Shown here piece by piece: positions 1 through 7,692 of a stretch of 64,000 bases of DNA. Position numbers and translations under genes: made by a program. The stretch is from assembly GCA_965220965.1 (NCBI GenBank), contig OZ244852.1:2592001-2656000 (forward strand), given 5' to 3'. This DNA is from Candidatus Marinacidobacterium sp. Lineage in GTDB: Bacteria > Acidobacteriota > Vicinamibacteria > Marinacidobacterales > Marinacidobacteraceae. Position 1 is the stretch's first letter. Every line of letters starts with the position of its first letter. The notes under the pieces are model-generated. The model was given only the letters and a program-made list of their open reading frames with translations. It did no database searches and was not told the DNA's origin.

Positions 1-1
1 G

Positions 2-313
2 AATCCCGAGAGCTTTCTGTCGTTCGGCTACGAGGAGCCGTTCCCGGTCATGGTCTGGTCCAGCCTCGCCTTCGAACCCGACCCCTCCATCGCCGTCGGG
101 GCGCGATTCCCCGAAGACGCGGCGGAGCTCCTCGGGAGCGGGTTCGCGTTCCCCGATTCGCTCGACCGGCTCGCGGGAAGTCCTTATGTCGTCACCGAGC
201 GCGTCGGCGCCGGCCGGGTCGTGCTTTTCCTGGACGACCCCAACTTCCGCCTCTTCTGGTCCGGGCTGACCCGACTCTTCCTGAACGCGGTCCTCTTCGC
301 GCCGACCTTCTGA
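2..313 (+). CDS. 3' end of probable M14 zinc carboxypeptidase family protein (partial)
   Basis: Frame open from the window edge; C-terminus GRVVLFLDDPNFRLFWSGLTRLFLNAVLF resembles the tail of large bacterial M14 peptidases. Confidence 0.6.
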   Translation, partial: NPESFLSFGYEEPFPVMVWSSLAFEPDPSIAVGARFPEDAAELLGSGFAFPDSLDRLAGSPYVVTERVGAGRVVLFLDDPNFRLFWSGLTRLFLNAVLFAPTF

Positions 314-432
314 TCCCGGGCCGGGGCCGGTTTCGCGGGGTCCCGGCTGCGCGCCCGGCATGTGACGTGAAATGGCGCATTAGCGCCGATTTCCGGGCTA
401 CATTCCCTCCCGGTCCGGGGAGGGAGTCACCT

Positions 433-3306
433 GTGCATTCATTCGATCAGCGGCTGAGTCGGCAGTTTCTCCTCGCTGCGTTCCGCGCGGCGAACTCGCG
501 TCCCCGCCTTCGCTCGCAACTGGCCGAGTGGATCCATGAGAGTGAGGTCGACCTCCGCTCCGTCGGCGCGGCGTTCCTGGTGACCGCCTCCGCGAAGAGG
601 CTCCTCGCCGAGGACGAAGACGAGGGGTTCGCGGGTCACGATCCGCTCTTTCGCCGCCGGTCGCGCCGCGAAGTCCCGCGTCCGGACGCCCGGTTGCGCC
701 AGTACTTCGCCCGCGTGATTCCCCGCCTCGAGGCCTCGCTTGCGGGACCGGGGCCGGCCCGCACCGGCGCCGCCCGGGCAACGCAGATCCTGGTCAACGC
801 CTTCCGCCTCAAGGCCCCGTGCGGGACGCTGCTCGACCTCGTCCGGCTCCATTCCGAGCGCGGTTCCGTGGTCTACCAGACCTGGGACCGCGTGAACGAC
901 GAGTTCCGTGACCAGCTCGCGACGACCGCGGCCCTGCTCGGCATCTCCCGGCGCTCGGTGGAGGCCGCGCTCCGCCGGCTTGACCGGGCGGGCCTGGGCG
1001 ACCCGGAGGACTGGGGCCGCGCCGGCGCCGACCCGGACGACTACCTGAACCGCTGGGTCGAGCGGATCTACAGCCCCCCGGTCACCACCGTCGACGAGCT
1101 TCGAACCCGCCTTGCGCCGCGAGCCGCGCCGCCGCTCCTCGGGCTTCGGGACTTCGAGCACCTCGACGAACGGGATGACGCGCTGAGGCTCCTCAAGGGC
1201 GCGCTCCGCCGCGGCGCCGGGCTCCGGGTGCTGCTCTATGGTCGACCCGGGACCGGCAAGACCGAGTTCGCGAAGACGCTGGCCCATGCCGCGGAGGCGC
1301 GTCTCTACGACATCGGCGGTCCGCTGTCTCGCCGCAGCTACCGCGCGGAGGAAGATCATCACACCCACGATCGTCCTTCGAGGAACCGGAACCGTTTGCG
1401 GTTCGCGGAGGCCCTCCTCCGCAGCGACCCGGGGGCCGTGATCCTCTGCGACGAGGTGGAGGATGTCCTGTCTTCGGAACCAGGGCGAAGGCGTCAGAGC
1501 CACTCGATGCTCGAGGAGTCGAGAGTTCCGGTCCTCTTCACCGGCAACGACCTGAGCCGGTTCGACGAGGCAGTGCTTCGGCGCTTCGATCTCATGATCC
1601 GGTTCCGGCCCCTCAGTCCCCGGCGCCGGAGGTCCGTCGTCCGCCGGATGCTGAGGACCGCCGACCTCCAGGGTGTGGGGGCCGACAGGATTGACGGGCT
1701 CGCCGTCCGTCTCGCGGACGAGCTGGAGTGCCCCCCGGCCATCATCGAGCGCGCGATCCACGCGACCCGGCTCGTGAAGGGTTCCGCAGAGGACCTGTTC
1801 CGGTTCGCCGAGCGGAACGAGCGGGTCCTGTCGCGGCGGACGCCACGGCCCCGGCTCGGGCCGCCGGTCGAGGCGGAGCTGGGCTGGGCCGCCTTCGCCC
1901 ATCTGGGAGAGCCCGCGGAAGACATCCGGCGGGTCCTGACGGCGGCCGTGGCCGCGAGGAAGGAACGTCGTCGCACAACGGCGCCGGTCAGCGCCCTCTT
2001 CCACGGCCCGCCGGGCGGCGGCAAGACGGCGTTCTGCCACGCGCTCGCCGCCGAAGCCGGCGCAACGCTCTACGCGGTCGGGCAGCGCGACCCCGGTGTG
2101 AACCCGCGTCCTTCGGCGCCGCGGTCCGAGGCGCTGGCGCACGCGATGGAGGCGCTCGCCGATGAGCCCGGCGCCGTCCTTCTGTTCGATGAGATCGAGG
2201 ACCTCGTGTTCGACCGCCCGAAGTTCTGGCTGAACTCGCTTCTCGAGGAGTGCCGCGTTCCCCTTCTGATGACGGCGAACGCCACCGAAGCTCTCCGGCG
2301 GCATTTGCCGCACTTCCTCGACCGCGTGACCTGCTCGCTCGAGTTCCGGCACATTCCGCGAAGGCGTCGCGCCTCCATGTTCCGGGATCTGCTGGGTGGA
2401 GACGAGGAGTCGCGTCGCGAAGCCCTGGTCACCCGTCTCGCCGAAGACCGGCGCGTCACCCCGCGCGCCGTTCGGAACGCGGCGCAGGTCGCCTCGCTCA
2501 CCGGACTCGGGATCGTCGCGGCCCGGCGGGCGGTCGAGGCGCACCAGAGCCTTCGGTACGGGCGCTCCGGCGCCCGTTCGAAGCCCGGCGCGGACTACGA
2601 CGTAGCGCTCATCTGCGCCCGACCGGATCTTCGGGCTCTGCGCGACCGGATCCTGGAAGCGGGTTCCGGTCGGCTGGGACTGCTGCTCGACGGCCCGTCG
2701 GGCAGCGGCAAGTCGGTCTTCGCCCGCCAGCTCGCCCTCGAGATGGGTCTCGATCCAGTGGTGAAGCGGGCCTCCGGGCTCCTGAGTTCCTGGGTCGGCG
2801 AGACCGAAAAACGTATCGCGGCAGCGTTCGCCGAGGCCCGGGTGGACGGAGGCTTCCTCATCATCGACGAGGCGGACTCGTTCCTGTTCGACCGCCGCGA
2901 CGCCTCCCGGACCTGGGAGACGAGCATGGTGAACGAGGTGCTCAGCCAGCTCGAGACCCACGACGGCCCCTACGCGTTCACGACGAACCTCGCCGACCGC
3001 CTCGACCCCGCGGTAGCCCGGCGGTTCCTCTTCCGGGCGACGTTCGACTATCTGGACCGTCCGAGGGTCGAGCGCGCCTTCGTCCACTTCTTCGGCGCGG
3101 AGGCGCCGCCCGCAGTGCTCGCGCTCACCCGGCTCGTGCCCGCCGACTTCGCGCTGGTGCGCGAACGCGCAAGCGTCCTCGGCTACCTGGACGACGTCGT
3201 CAGGCTGGAGGAGGAACTCCGCGCGCAGTCCGTTGGCCGCGAGGCCCGGACCCACGCCGGCTTCCGCATCGGAAGTCCGATGCCGGTGGGAGAGCGCCGG
3301 CCATGA
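433..3306 (+). CDS. AAA+ ATPase with three AAA modules and an N-terminal HTH-like segment
   Basis: Walker A GRPGTGKT, GPPGGGKT, GPSGSGKS; Walker B ILCDEVE, LLFDEIE, LIIDEAD; third module has WVGETEK and TTN..DRLDPAVARRF; GTG at 433 follows GGGAG (ORF is open from 367). Confidence 0.9.
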   Translation: MHSFDQRLSRQFLLAAFRAANSRPRLRSQLAEWIHESEVDLRSVGAAFLVTASAKRLLAEDEDEGFAGHDPLFRRRSRREVPRPDARLRQYFARVIPRLEASLAGPGPARTGAARATQILVNAFRLKAPCGTLLDLVRLHSERGSVVYQTWDRVNDEFRDQLATTAALLGISRRSVEAALRRLDRAGLGDPEDWGRAGADPDDYLNRWVERIYSPPVTTVDELRTRLAPRAAPPLLGLRDFEHLDERDDALRLLKGALRRGAGLRVLLYGRPGTGKTEFAKTLAHAAEARLYDIGGPLSRRSYRAEEDHHTHDRPSRNRNRLRFAEALLRSDPGAVILCDEVEDVLSSEPGRRRQSHSMLEESRVPVLFTGNDLSRFDEAVLRRFDLMIRFRPLSPRRRRSVVRRMLRTADLQGVGADRIDGLAVRLADELECPPAIIERAIHATRLVKGSAEDLFRFAERNERVLSRRTPRPRLGPPVEAELGWAAFAHLGEPAEDIRRVLTAAVAARKERRRTTAPVSALFHGPPGGGKTAFCHALAAEAGATLYAVGQRDPGVNPRPSAPRSEALAHAMEALADEPGAVLLFDEIEDLVFDRPKFWLNSLLEECRVPLLMTANATEALRRHLPHFLDRVTCSLEFRHIPRRRRASMFRDLLGGDEESRREALVTRLAEDRRVTPRAVRNAAQVASLTGLGIVAARRAVEAHQSLRYGRSGARSKPGADYDVALICARPDLRALRDRILEAGSGRLGLLLDGPSGSGKSVFARQLALEMGLDPVVKRASGLLSSWVGETEKRIAAAFAEARVDGGFLIIDEADSFLFDRRDASRTWETSMVNEVLSQLETHDGPYAFTTNLADRLDPAVARRFLFRATFDYLDRPRVERAFVHFFGAEAPPAVLALTRLVPADFALVRERASVLGYLDDVVRLEEELRAQSVGREARTHAGFRIGSPMPVGERRP
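3141..3255 (+). repeat. Direct repeat copy A (3' end of the AAA gene)
   Basis: Ungapped hand alignment to 4575-4689 gives 98/115 identities. Confidence 0.9.
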
Positions 3307-4547
3307 AGGCGATGACCAGGGACACGGGGTCCGACTACGGCTTCCTGCACACGATCGCTCCAAGCGACTTCGAGGGCCATCTGACCCGCATCTTCGCCTG
3401 GATCCTGCAGAACACCGGATTCGGCGAGGAGTATCTCGAACGCCTGAGGAAGAGATCCCACAAGGTTCCCGGCCCCACGGGCGAGGCCCCTCGGTGGGAC
3501 ACCGAGGTCTCCTTTCCACGCGAGGGAGGAGAAGCCATTCGCCCGGCGATGGTCTGCCGGTTCCGGAGCGGATACTCCGAATCCGGCGTCATCTTCGCCC
3601 ACACCGTATGCGCCCCTCTCCGCGATGGCCAGATCCAGGAATACCGGGACTCGGCGCCTCCAGAGTTGCAGGGAGCTCCGGTCGTTCTGATCTGTGAGAA
3701 CCCCGGCCAGATGTCCATGGACGTCGATGTGGAGCACTTCTGGTGGGACGTCCACACGTGGCTCGAGGCCTGGCTCCGCTCCAACCGCGCCGGGCTCAGC
3801 CCGGAAGTTGGCTTCGTTGTCCGCGACTTGCTGGAAATGATGGATCGGAGAGGGCTCAGTGAATCATCGTCGGGCATCCCATCGCGCGCTCACTGGACTG
3901 CGCTCTACTCTGCGCGAATCAGCGCCTCCGTCCATAAGCTCCTGCGGCTCGTGGTTCATCAGTGGCGCCTGCCGCACAACGTCGTGGAGGACTGGGGCCG
4001 GATCGGCTTCATGGCGCGCGGCGACTTCGAGCGAACCAGGGGCGCGGTTGAGGACGCTCCGGGAGTCTTCGTCGGGATCCTCCTGCCTTGTCAGGACTGC
4101 TTGACGCCCGAAAGAGAGCTGGAGGCGGTAGTGATGCTGTGGGGTGACGTGCTGTGCGACTGCACCCAGCCATCAGCCTTCCACGCCTTCCGAATCGAAC
4201 TGTTGCGGCGACAAGGAGATCTTCCGGAGGGTTGGAAGATTCAGGAGCCATGGAAGGCGGAGTTGGAACGGCCTTGGCCGCCCAGGGGTCCCAGGCCCTG
4301 GCGGCTGCTGGAACTACGACGTCCTCTCGCGGACGTCCTGTCACGCGTCGAGAGTGGTATCAGGCAGGCGCAGCGCTTCCATGATCAAGCCCGCGAGGTC
4401 GTCCGGGTGGTGGAGGAATGCCTCTCGAGTGCCGGAGGTAGTTGGGACTGGCGGTCAGACGACGAGCCGCCAGAAGTACAGGAGGCCGATGCGGGGTTCT
4501 CGGTCGACGAGTCAGAGGACGAAGAGGAGCCTGATGTGGGGTTTTGA
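3303..4547 (+). CDS. PD-(D/E)XK nuclease-like protein with degenerate active site and acidic tail
   Basis: ATGA overlap with the AAA stop; family-like scaffold EGHLTRIFAWIL...TE...RPAM...IFAHTV..L...QIQEY...WWDV, but D, E and K positions read A, A, T. Confidence 0.65.
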   Translation: MKAMTRDTGSDYGFLHTIAPSDFEGHLTRIFAWILQNTGFGEEYLERLRKRSHKVPGPTGEAPRWDTEVSFPREGGEAIRPAMVCRFRSGYSESGVIFAHTVCAPLRDGQIQEYRDSAPPELQGAPVVLICENPGQMSMDVDVEHFWWDVHTWLEAWLRSNRAGLSPEVGFVVRDLLEMMDRRGLSESSSGIPSRAHWTALYSARISASVHKLLRLVVHQWRLPHNVVEDWGRIGFMARGDFERTRGAVEDAPGVFVGILLPCQDCLTPERELEAVVMLWGDVLCDCTQPSAFHAFRIELLRRQGDLPEGWKIQEPWKAELERPWPPRGPRPWRLLELRRPLADVLSRVESGIRQAQRFHDQAREVVRVVEECLSSAGGSWDWRSDDEPPEVQEADAGFSVDESEDEEEPDVGF

Positions 4548-4574
4548 CAGGAATCGGTCAGGCGTTTCGTCCTC

Positions 4575-4689
4575 CGCCGGCCTCGCGCTGGTGCGCGAGC
4601 GCGCCGGCGTCCTCGGCTTGCTGAAGGAGGTCGCCCGGCTGGAAGAGGAGCTCCGCGCGCAGTCCGGCGGCCGCGAGGCCCGGACGCAC
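4575..4689 (+). repeat. Direct repeat copy B (orphan alternative 3' end of the AAA gene)
   Basis: Translates ALVRERAGVLGLLKEVARLEEELRAQSGGREARTH versus ALVRERASVLGYLDDVVRLEEELRAQSVGREARTH in the ATPase; frame open to TAA at 4753-4755. Confidence 0.9.
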
Positions 4690-4882
4690 CCGGCAACCGA
4701 AAAGGGGCCTGACGGGCGGGCGACCGGGCCAAGAGAACAAAAAAACCGTCGCTAAGAGCAGAATTCGCCCGTTCCTGCGTCGATCGGCGCAATCTGGGCT
4801 CTCCATCCAGTGAACCGGTTCCTCGCGGGGCCGACCACCCAACGAGGGATCCCCCTCACTGCCAAGCCAAGGAGGACATGGC

Positions 4883-5941
4883 ATGACAACCCCGAACATC
4901 TTCAAACACGCGACCTCGGAACTCTCGCAGGACGCGATGATTTGCTGGCTCGTCGACTGTGCGCGCGAGGCCACCGGGAGGCTACGGGAGTGCGGACTGG
5001 CCTTCGTTCAGGCGCTCTTCGACGCGGATGAGCGACGCGTAGTCCCTCCCGACAAGGGTGACGCCACGCCCTATTCGGGACCGGGAGAGGTGACTTCGGT
5101 ATCTTGCCCCAAACGTCAGTACGGGAAGATCGACGTCTATTTCCAGGCCGCCGTCGACGGTCAGACGGTCAGCTTCATCATCGAAGACAAGGTGCACTCC
5201 GGAGAGCACAGCAACCAGCTCGCGCGGTACCTCGAGGTCGTTCGAAGTGACGACGACGTGGAGGCTCTGATCAAGCCCACCTTCTTCAAGACCGGATACA
5301 TCTTCGACGACGAGAAGGACACAGCACGTGGCAACAACTACGCGCTGTTCTCGGGCGAGGATGCCGTCAAGGCGCTTGATCCCTTTACGGAAGTGCATCC
5401 CCTGATCGACCAGTTTGTGGCCCACCTGAAGAAGCACCAGCGAGACCGCGAGTTGGCTCTCGCTAATGCGTGCTTCGGTGATGCTGTGGTTCAGTGGGAG
5501 TTCGCCAAGCGACTCCGGGCAGCTCTTCCCGAAGACCTTCGGGGGGGGGCCGCGCCGAAGTGGACGCAGTGGAACGGAATCGGACGCGGCATCAATCGCG
5601 GCGGCGGGCCGTGGACCCAGTACCCGTTCGCGGGTCACTTCTGCTGGCGGCTGGATTCGCCCAGCTTGCGACTGATGCTCTATCCGAGAGAGGGGCTCAC
5701 ATCGGAGCCGGAGATGAGAGAACGATGGGAGCGTCTGAGCAGCCGCTTTGCCACGCTCGCGGCGGATGGCCGCCTGTCAGTCGTGAAGCTCCGCAAGAGG
5801 CGGACGTACAGGGGGCAGATCGTCAACGAGGGCACGGTCGGGGCGCTCGCGCTTCCCGAGACGGGTCCGTCCGGATGGGGCGCGTTCGTAGACCGGATCG
5901 TGAGCCTCACCGAGCGCCTTCTTAAGGAGGCCGGAGCGTAA
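4883..5941 (+). CDS. PD-(D/E)XK nuclease family protein
   Basis: N-terminus PNIFKHATSELSQDAMICWL; intact motif KIDVYF...IIEDKV...NQLARY; AAGGAGG RBS upstream. Confidence 0.85.
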   Translation: MTTPNIFKHATSELSQDAMICWLVDCAREATGRLRECGLAFVQALFDADERRVVPPDKGDATPYSGPGEVTSVSCPKRQYGKIDVYFQAAVDGQTVSFIIEDKVHSGEHSNQLARYLEVVRSDDDVEALIKPTFFKTGYIFDDEKDTARGNNYALFSGEDAVKALDPFTEVHPLIDQFVAHLKKHQRDRELALANACFGDAVVQWEFAKRLRAALPEDLRGGAAPKWTQWNGIGRGINRGGGPWTQYPFAGHFCWRLDSPSLRLMLYPREGLTSEPEMRERWERLSSRFATLAADGRLSVVKLRKRRTYRGQIVNEGTVGALALPETGPSGWGAFVDRIVSLTERLLKEAGA

Positions 5942-6063
5942 GTGAACGGCCGGCGCGCTCCGGCGGAAGGTTGCGAGCTACGGGAGTACGATCTCGCGAA
6001 CCGGGTCCCGGAGGAATGCGTTGGCGAGAATCCGTGGACGCCGGACCCGTGACGCAGCAGCCA

Positions 6064-6099
6064 CAGCCCGACACGGGGCTCTGATTCCCGGTCGGGCTG
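6064..6099. terminator. Stem-loop between convergent genes
   Basis: CAGCCCGAC...GTCGGGCTG 9-bp perfect stem; no U-tract. Confidence 0.35.
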
Positions 6100-6130
6100 A
6101 CGGAGAGCGCCGGGGTCTGATCCCCCGCGA

Positions 6131-7294
6131 TCAGGCCTCGGCCATCCGGTCGAACAGCGCCTTGTGGGTGTTCACGATGTGGTCCCGGGCGGCGGCGTTG
6201 GGTTCGAGTGACCACTCGCCCTTTTCGCCGGTGCCGCCCAGGATGATCCCGTCGTTTCGCGGCTGCATGCTGACGCCGGTGACGCCCGGAGGAGCGCCCG
6301 GGGCGGTGGTCGAGATGCCGTAGTTCACTTCCGCCTGCGGGACGAGCACGGTGAGCTGGCCCCGGAGCGGCATGAGCTCCGGGTCCTCGAACAGCTCGCC
6401 GGAGCCGAGCCCGGTGCAGTTGAACACGAGCGACTCCGGGAGCGCGGCGATCTCGCGCACATCGCTGAACTTGCGGATGACCAGCTTGCCCCCGTGGTCG
6501 CGGAAGTCCCGGACGAGCGCATCCAGGTAGGTCGCCGGCTCGATCCGGATCCTGGTCCGCCGCACCGCGTATTGCGTCGGGAAGTTGTGCTCGCCCGGAC
6601 CCAGCACGAAGCGGCCTCCACCGCTGAGATGCTCCGGGAGCAGGGGTCCCCGTCCCCGGGTGGGTCGGGGCGGCCGCGGTTCGCGCGGCGCGTCGTCCCG
6701 CAGCGCGTAGTGGTCGAGCCAGGCGATCCCGTATCCCCGGCCGGCGAGCCACTGGAACTCGAGATACGAGATCTCCACCGCCTCGCGGAACTGCGCGTCC
6801 CAGGCTGGCGTCCGTTGCGGATCATCCACCAGCCAGGCCGCCGGGGTGAACCCGGCCCACGCCATGTTGGAGGTCGTGTTTGGGGGCACGTTCGCGGCGT
6901 AGATCGTCACCTCGAAACCGCGCCGCTGGAGCTGACGGGCGGTGGCGAGCCCCACGGCGCCGCTCCCGAGGACCGCCGCCCGGCGGCTCGAATGGTCGAG
7001 CGCCATCTCGGCGGCCATCCGACCGGTCCCCCACGAGAGTGAAATGCCGGCCCCGCCGTGGCCGTAGTTGTGGATCAGCGTCTTGCTGTCGAGCTTGTCG
7101 GCGCGCAGGATGAACCCCGACGGCCGGTGCGGACGGAGTCCGACGGTCGTCCGGATCACCCGGTTCCAGGCCACCCGGACCGGGGCGAAGCGAAGCGCCG
7201 GCCGAGGCTGGATGTCGGCCCGGGTCGAGCACGCGCCGAGGCCGAGCCCCACCAGACCGGCGCTCCCCAGCTTCAACAGGTTCCGTCGTTTCAT
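6131..7294 (-). CDS. Tat-exported FAD-dependent oxidoreductase, D-amino-acid oxidase family (probable lipoprotein)
   Basis: Signal MKRRNLLK...LGLGAC; GSGAVG Rossmann motif; VFNCTGLGS, PLRGQ, GLRP and HNYGHGGAG motifs. Confidence 0.85.
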   Translation of the reverse strand: MKRRNLLKLGSAGLVGLGLGACSTRADIQPRPALRFAPVRVAWNRVIRTTVGLRPHRPSGFILRADKLDSKTLIHNYGHGGAGISLSWGTGRMAAEMALDHSSRRAAVLGSGAVGLATARQLQRRGFEVTIYAANVPPNTTSNMAWAGFTPAAWLVDDPQRTPAWDAQFREAVEISYLEFQWLAGRGYGIAWLDHYALRDDAPREPRPPRPTRGRGPLLPEHLSGGGRFVLGPGEHNFPTQYAVRRTRIRIEPATYLDALVRDFRDHGGKLVIRKFSDVREIAALPESLVFNCTGLGSGELFEDPELMPLRGQLTVLVPQAEVNYGISTTAPGAPPGVTGVSMQPRNDGIILGGTGEKGEWSLEPNAAARDHIVNTHKALFDRMAEA

Positions 7295-7374
7295 GCCTCT
7301 CCCCTGGACCCGGGTTGCTCCTGCGCGAACCCGCCGAACCCTATCAGCCGCGAACGCTACCGACGGGGCTCGTC

Positions 7375-7614
7375 TCAGTCGTCGCCCGCACGGCTCCGCC
7401 GGACCTGGCGCAGCACGTCGGCCGCCGGGACTCTGGGCTCGACCGGGGGCAGGGCGGCGAGAGCATCGAGCACTTCGGCCCGGGTCGGACGAGCCAGCGC
7501 CTTCTCGATCCACTGGCGGACGAGGACCGGGACGGAGACCCCTTCCCGCGCAGCCCGCGCCTTCAGGCGAACCACGATCTCCGGAGACACATCTCGAATC
7601 AGCAGGTCTGGCAT
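7375..7614 (-). CDS. FitA/VapB-like ribbon-helix-helix protein
   Basis: MPDLLIRDVSPEIVVRLKARAAREGVSV..LVR fits the RHH antitoxin pattern; 79 aa. Confidence 0.75.
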   Translation of the reverse strand: MPDLLIRDVSPEIVVRLKARAAREGVSVPVLVRQWIEKALARPTRAEVLDALAALPPVEPRVPAADVLRQVRRSRAGDD

Positions 7615-7692
7615 GGCCGAAGACCTCGCAGGACTTCTCTCGGGATTATGCGTGGTCCAAGCCATGGGGAGCGCGGAAACCGCCTGCTGGTC

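Noticed and set aside
2250-3302. N-terminal part of the 765-aa ORF 2250-4547
   Set aside because: Alternative-frame overlap with the ATPase; the real gene most plausibly starts at the ATGA overlap at 3303
4548-6130. Integron attC sites around the nuclease genes
   Set aside because: No convincing RYYYAAC...GTTRRRY pairs and no integrase in the window
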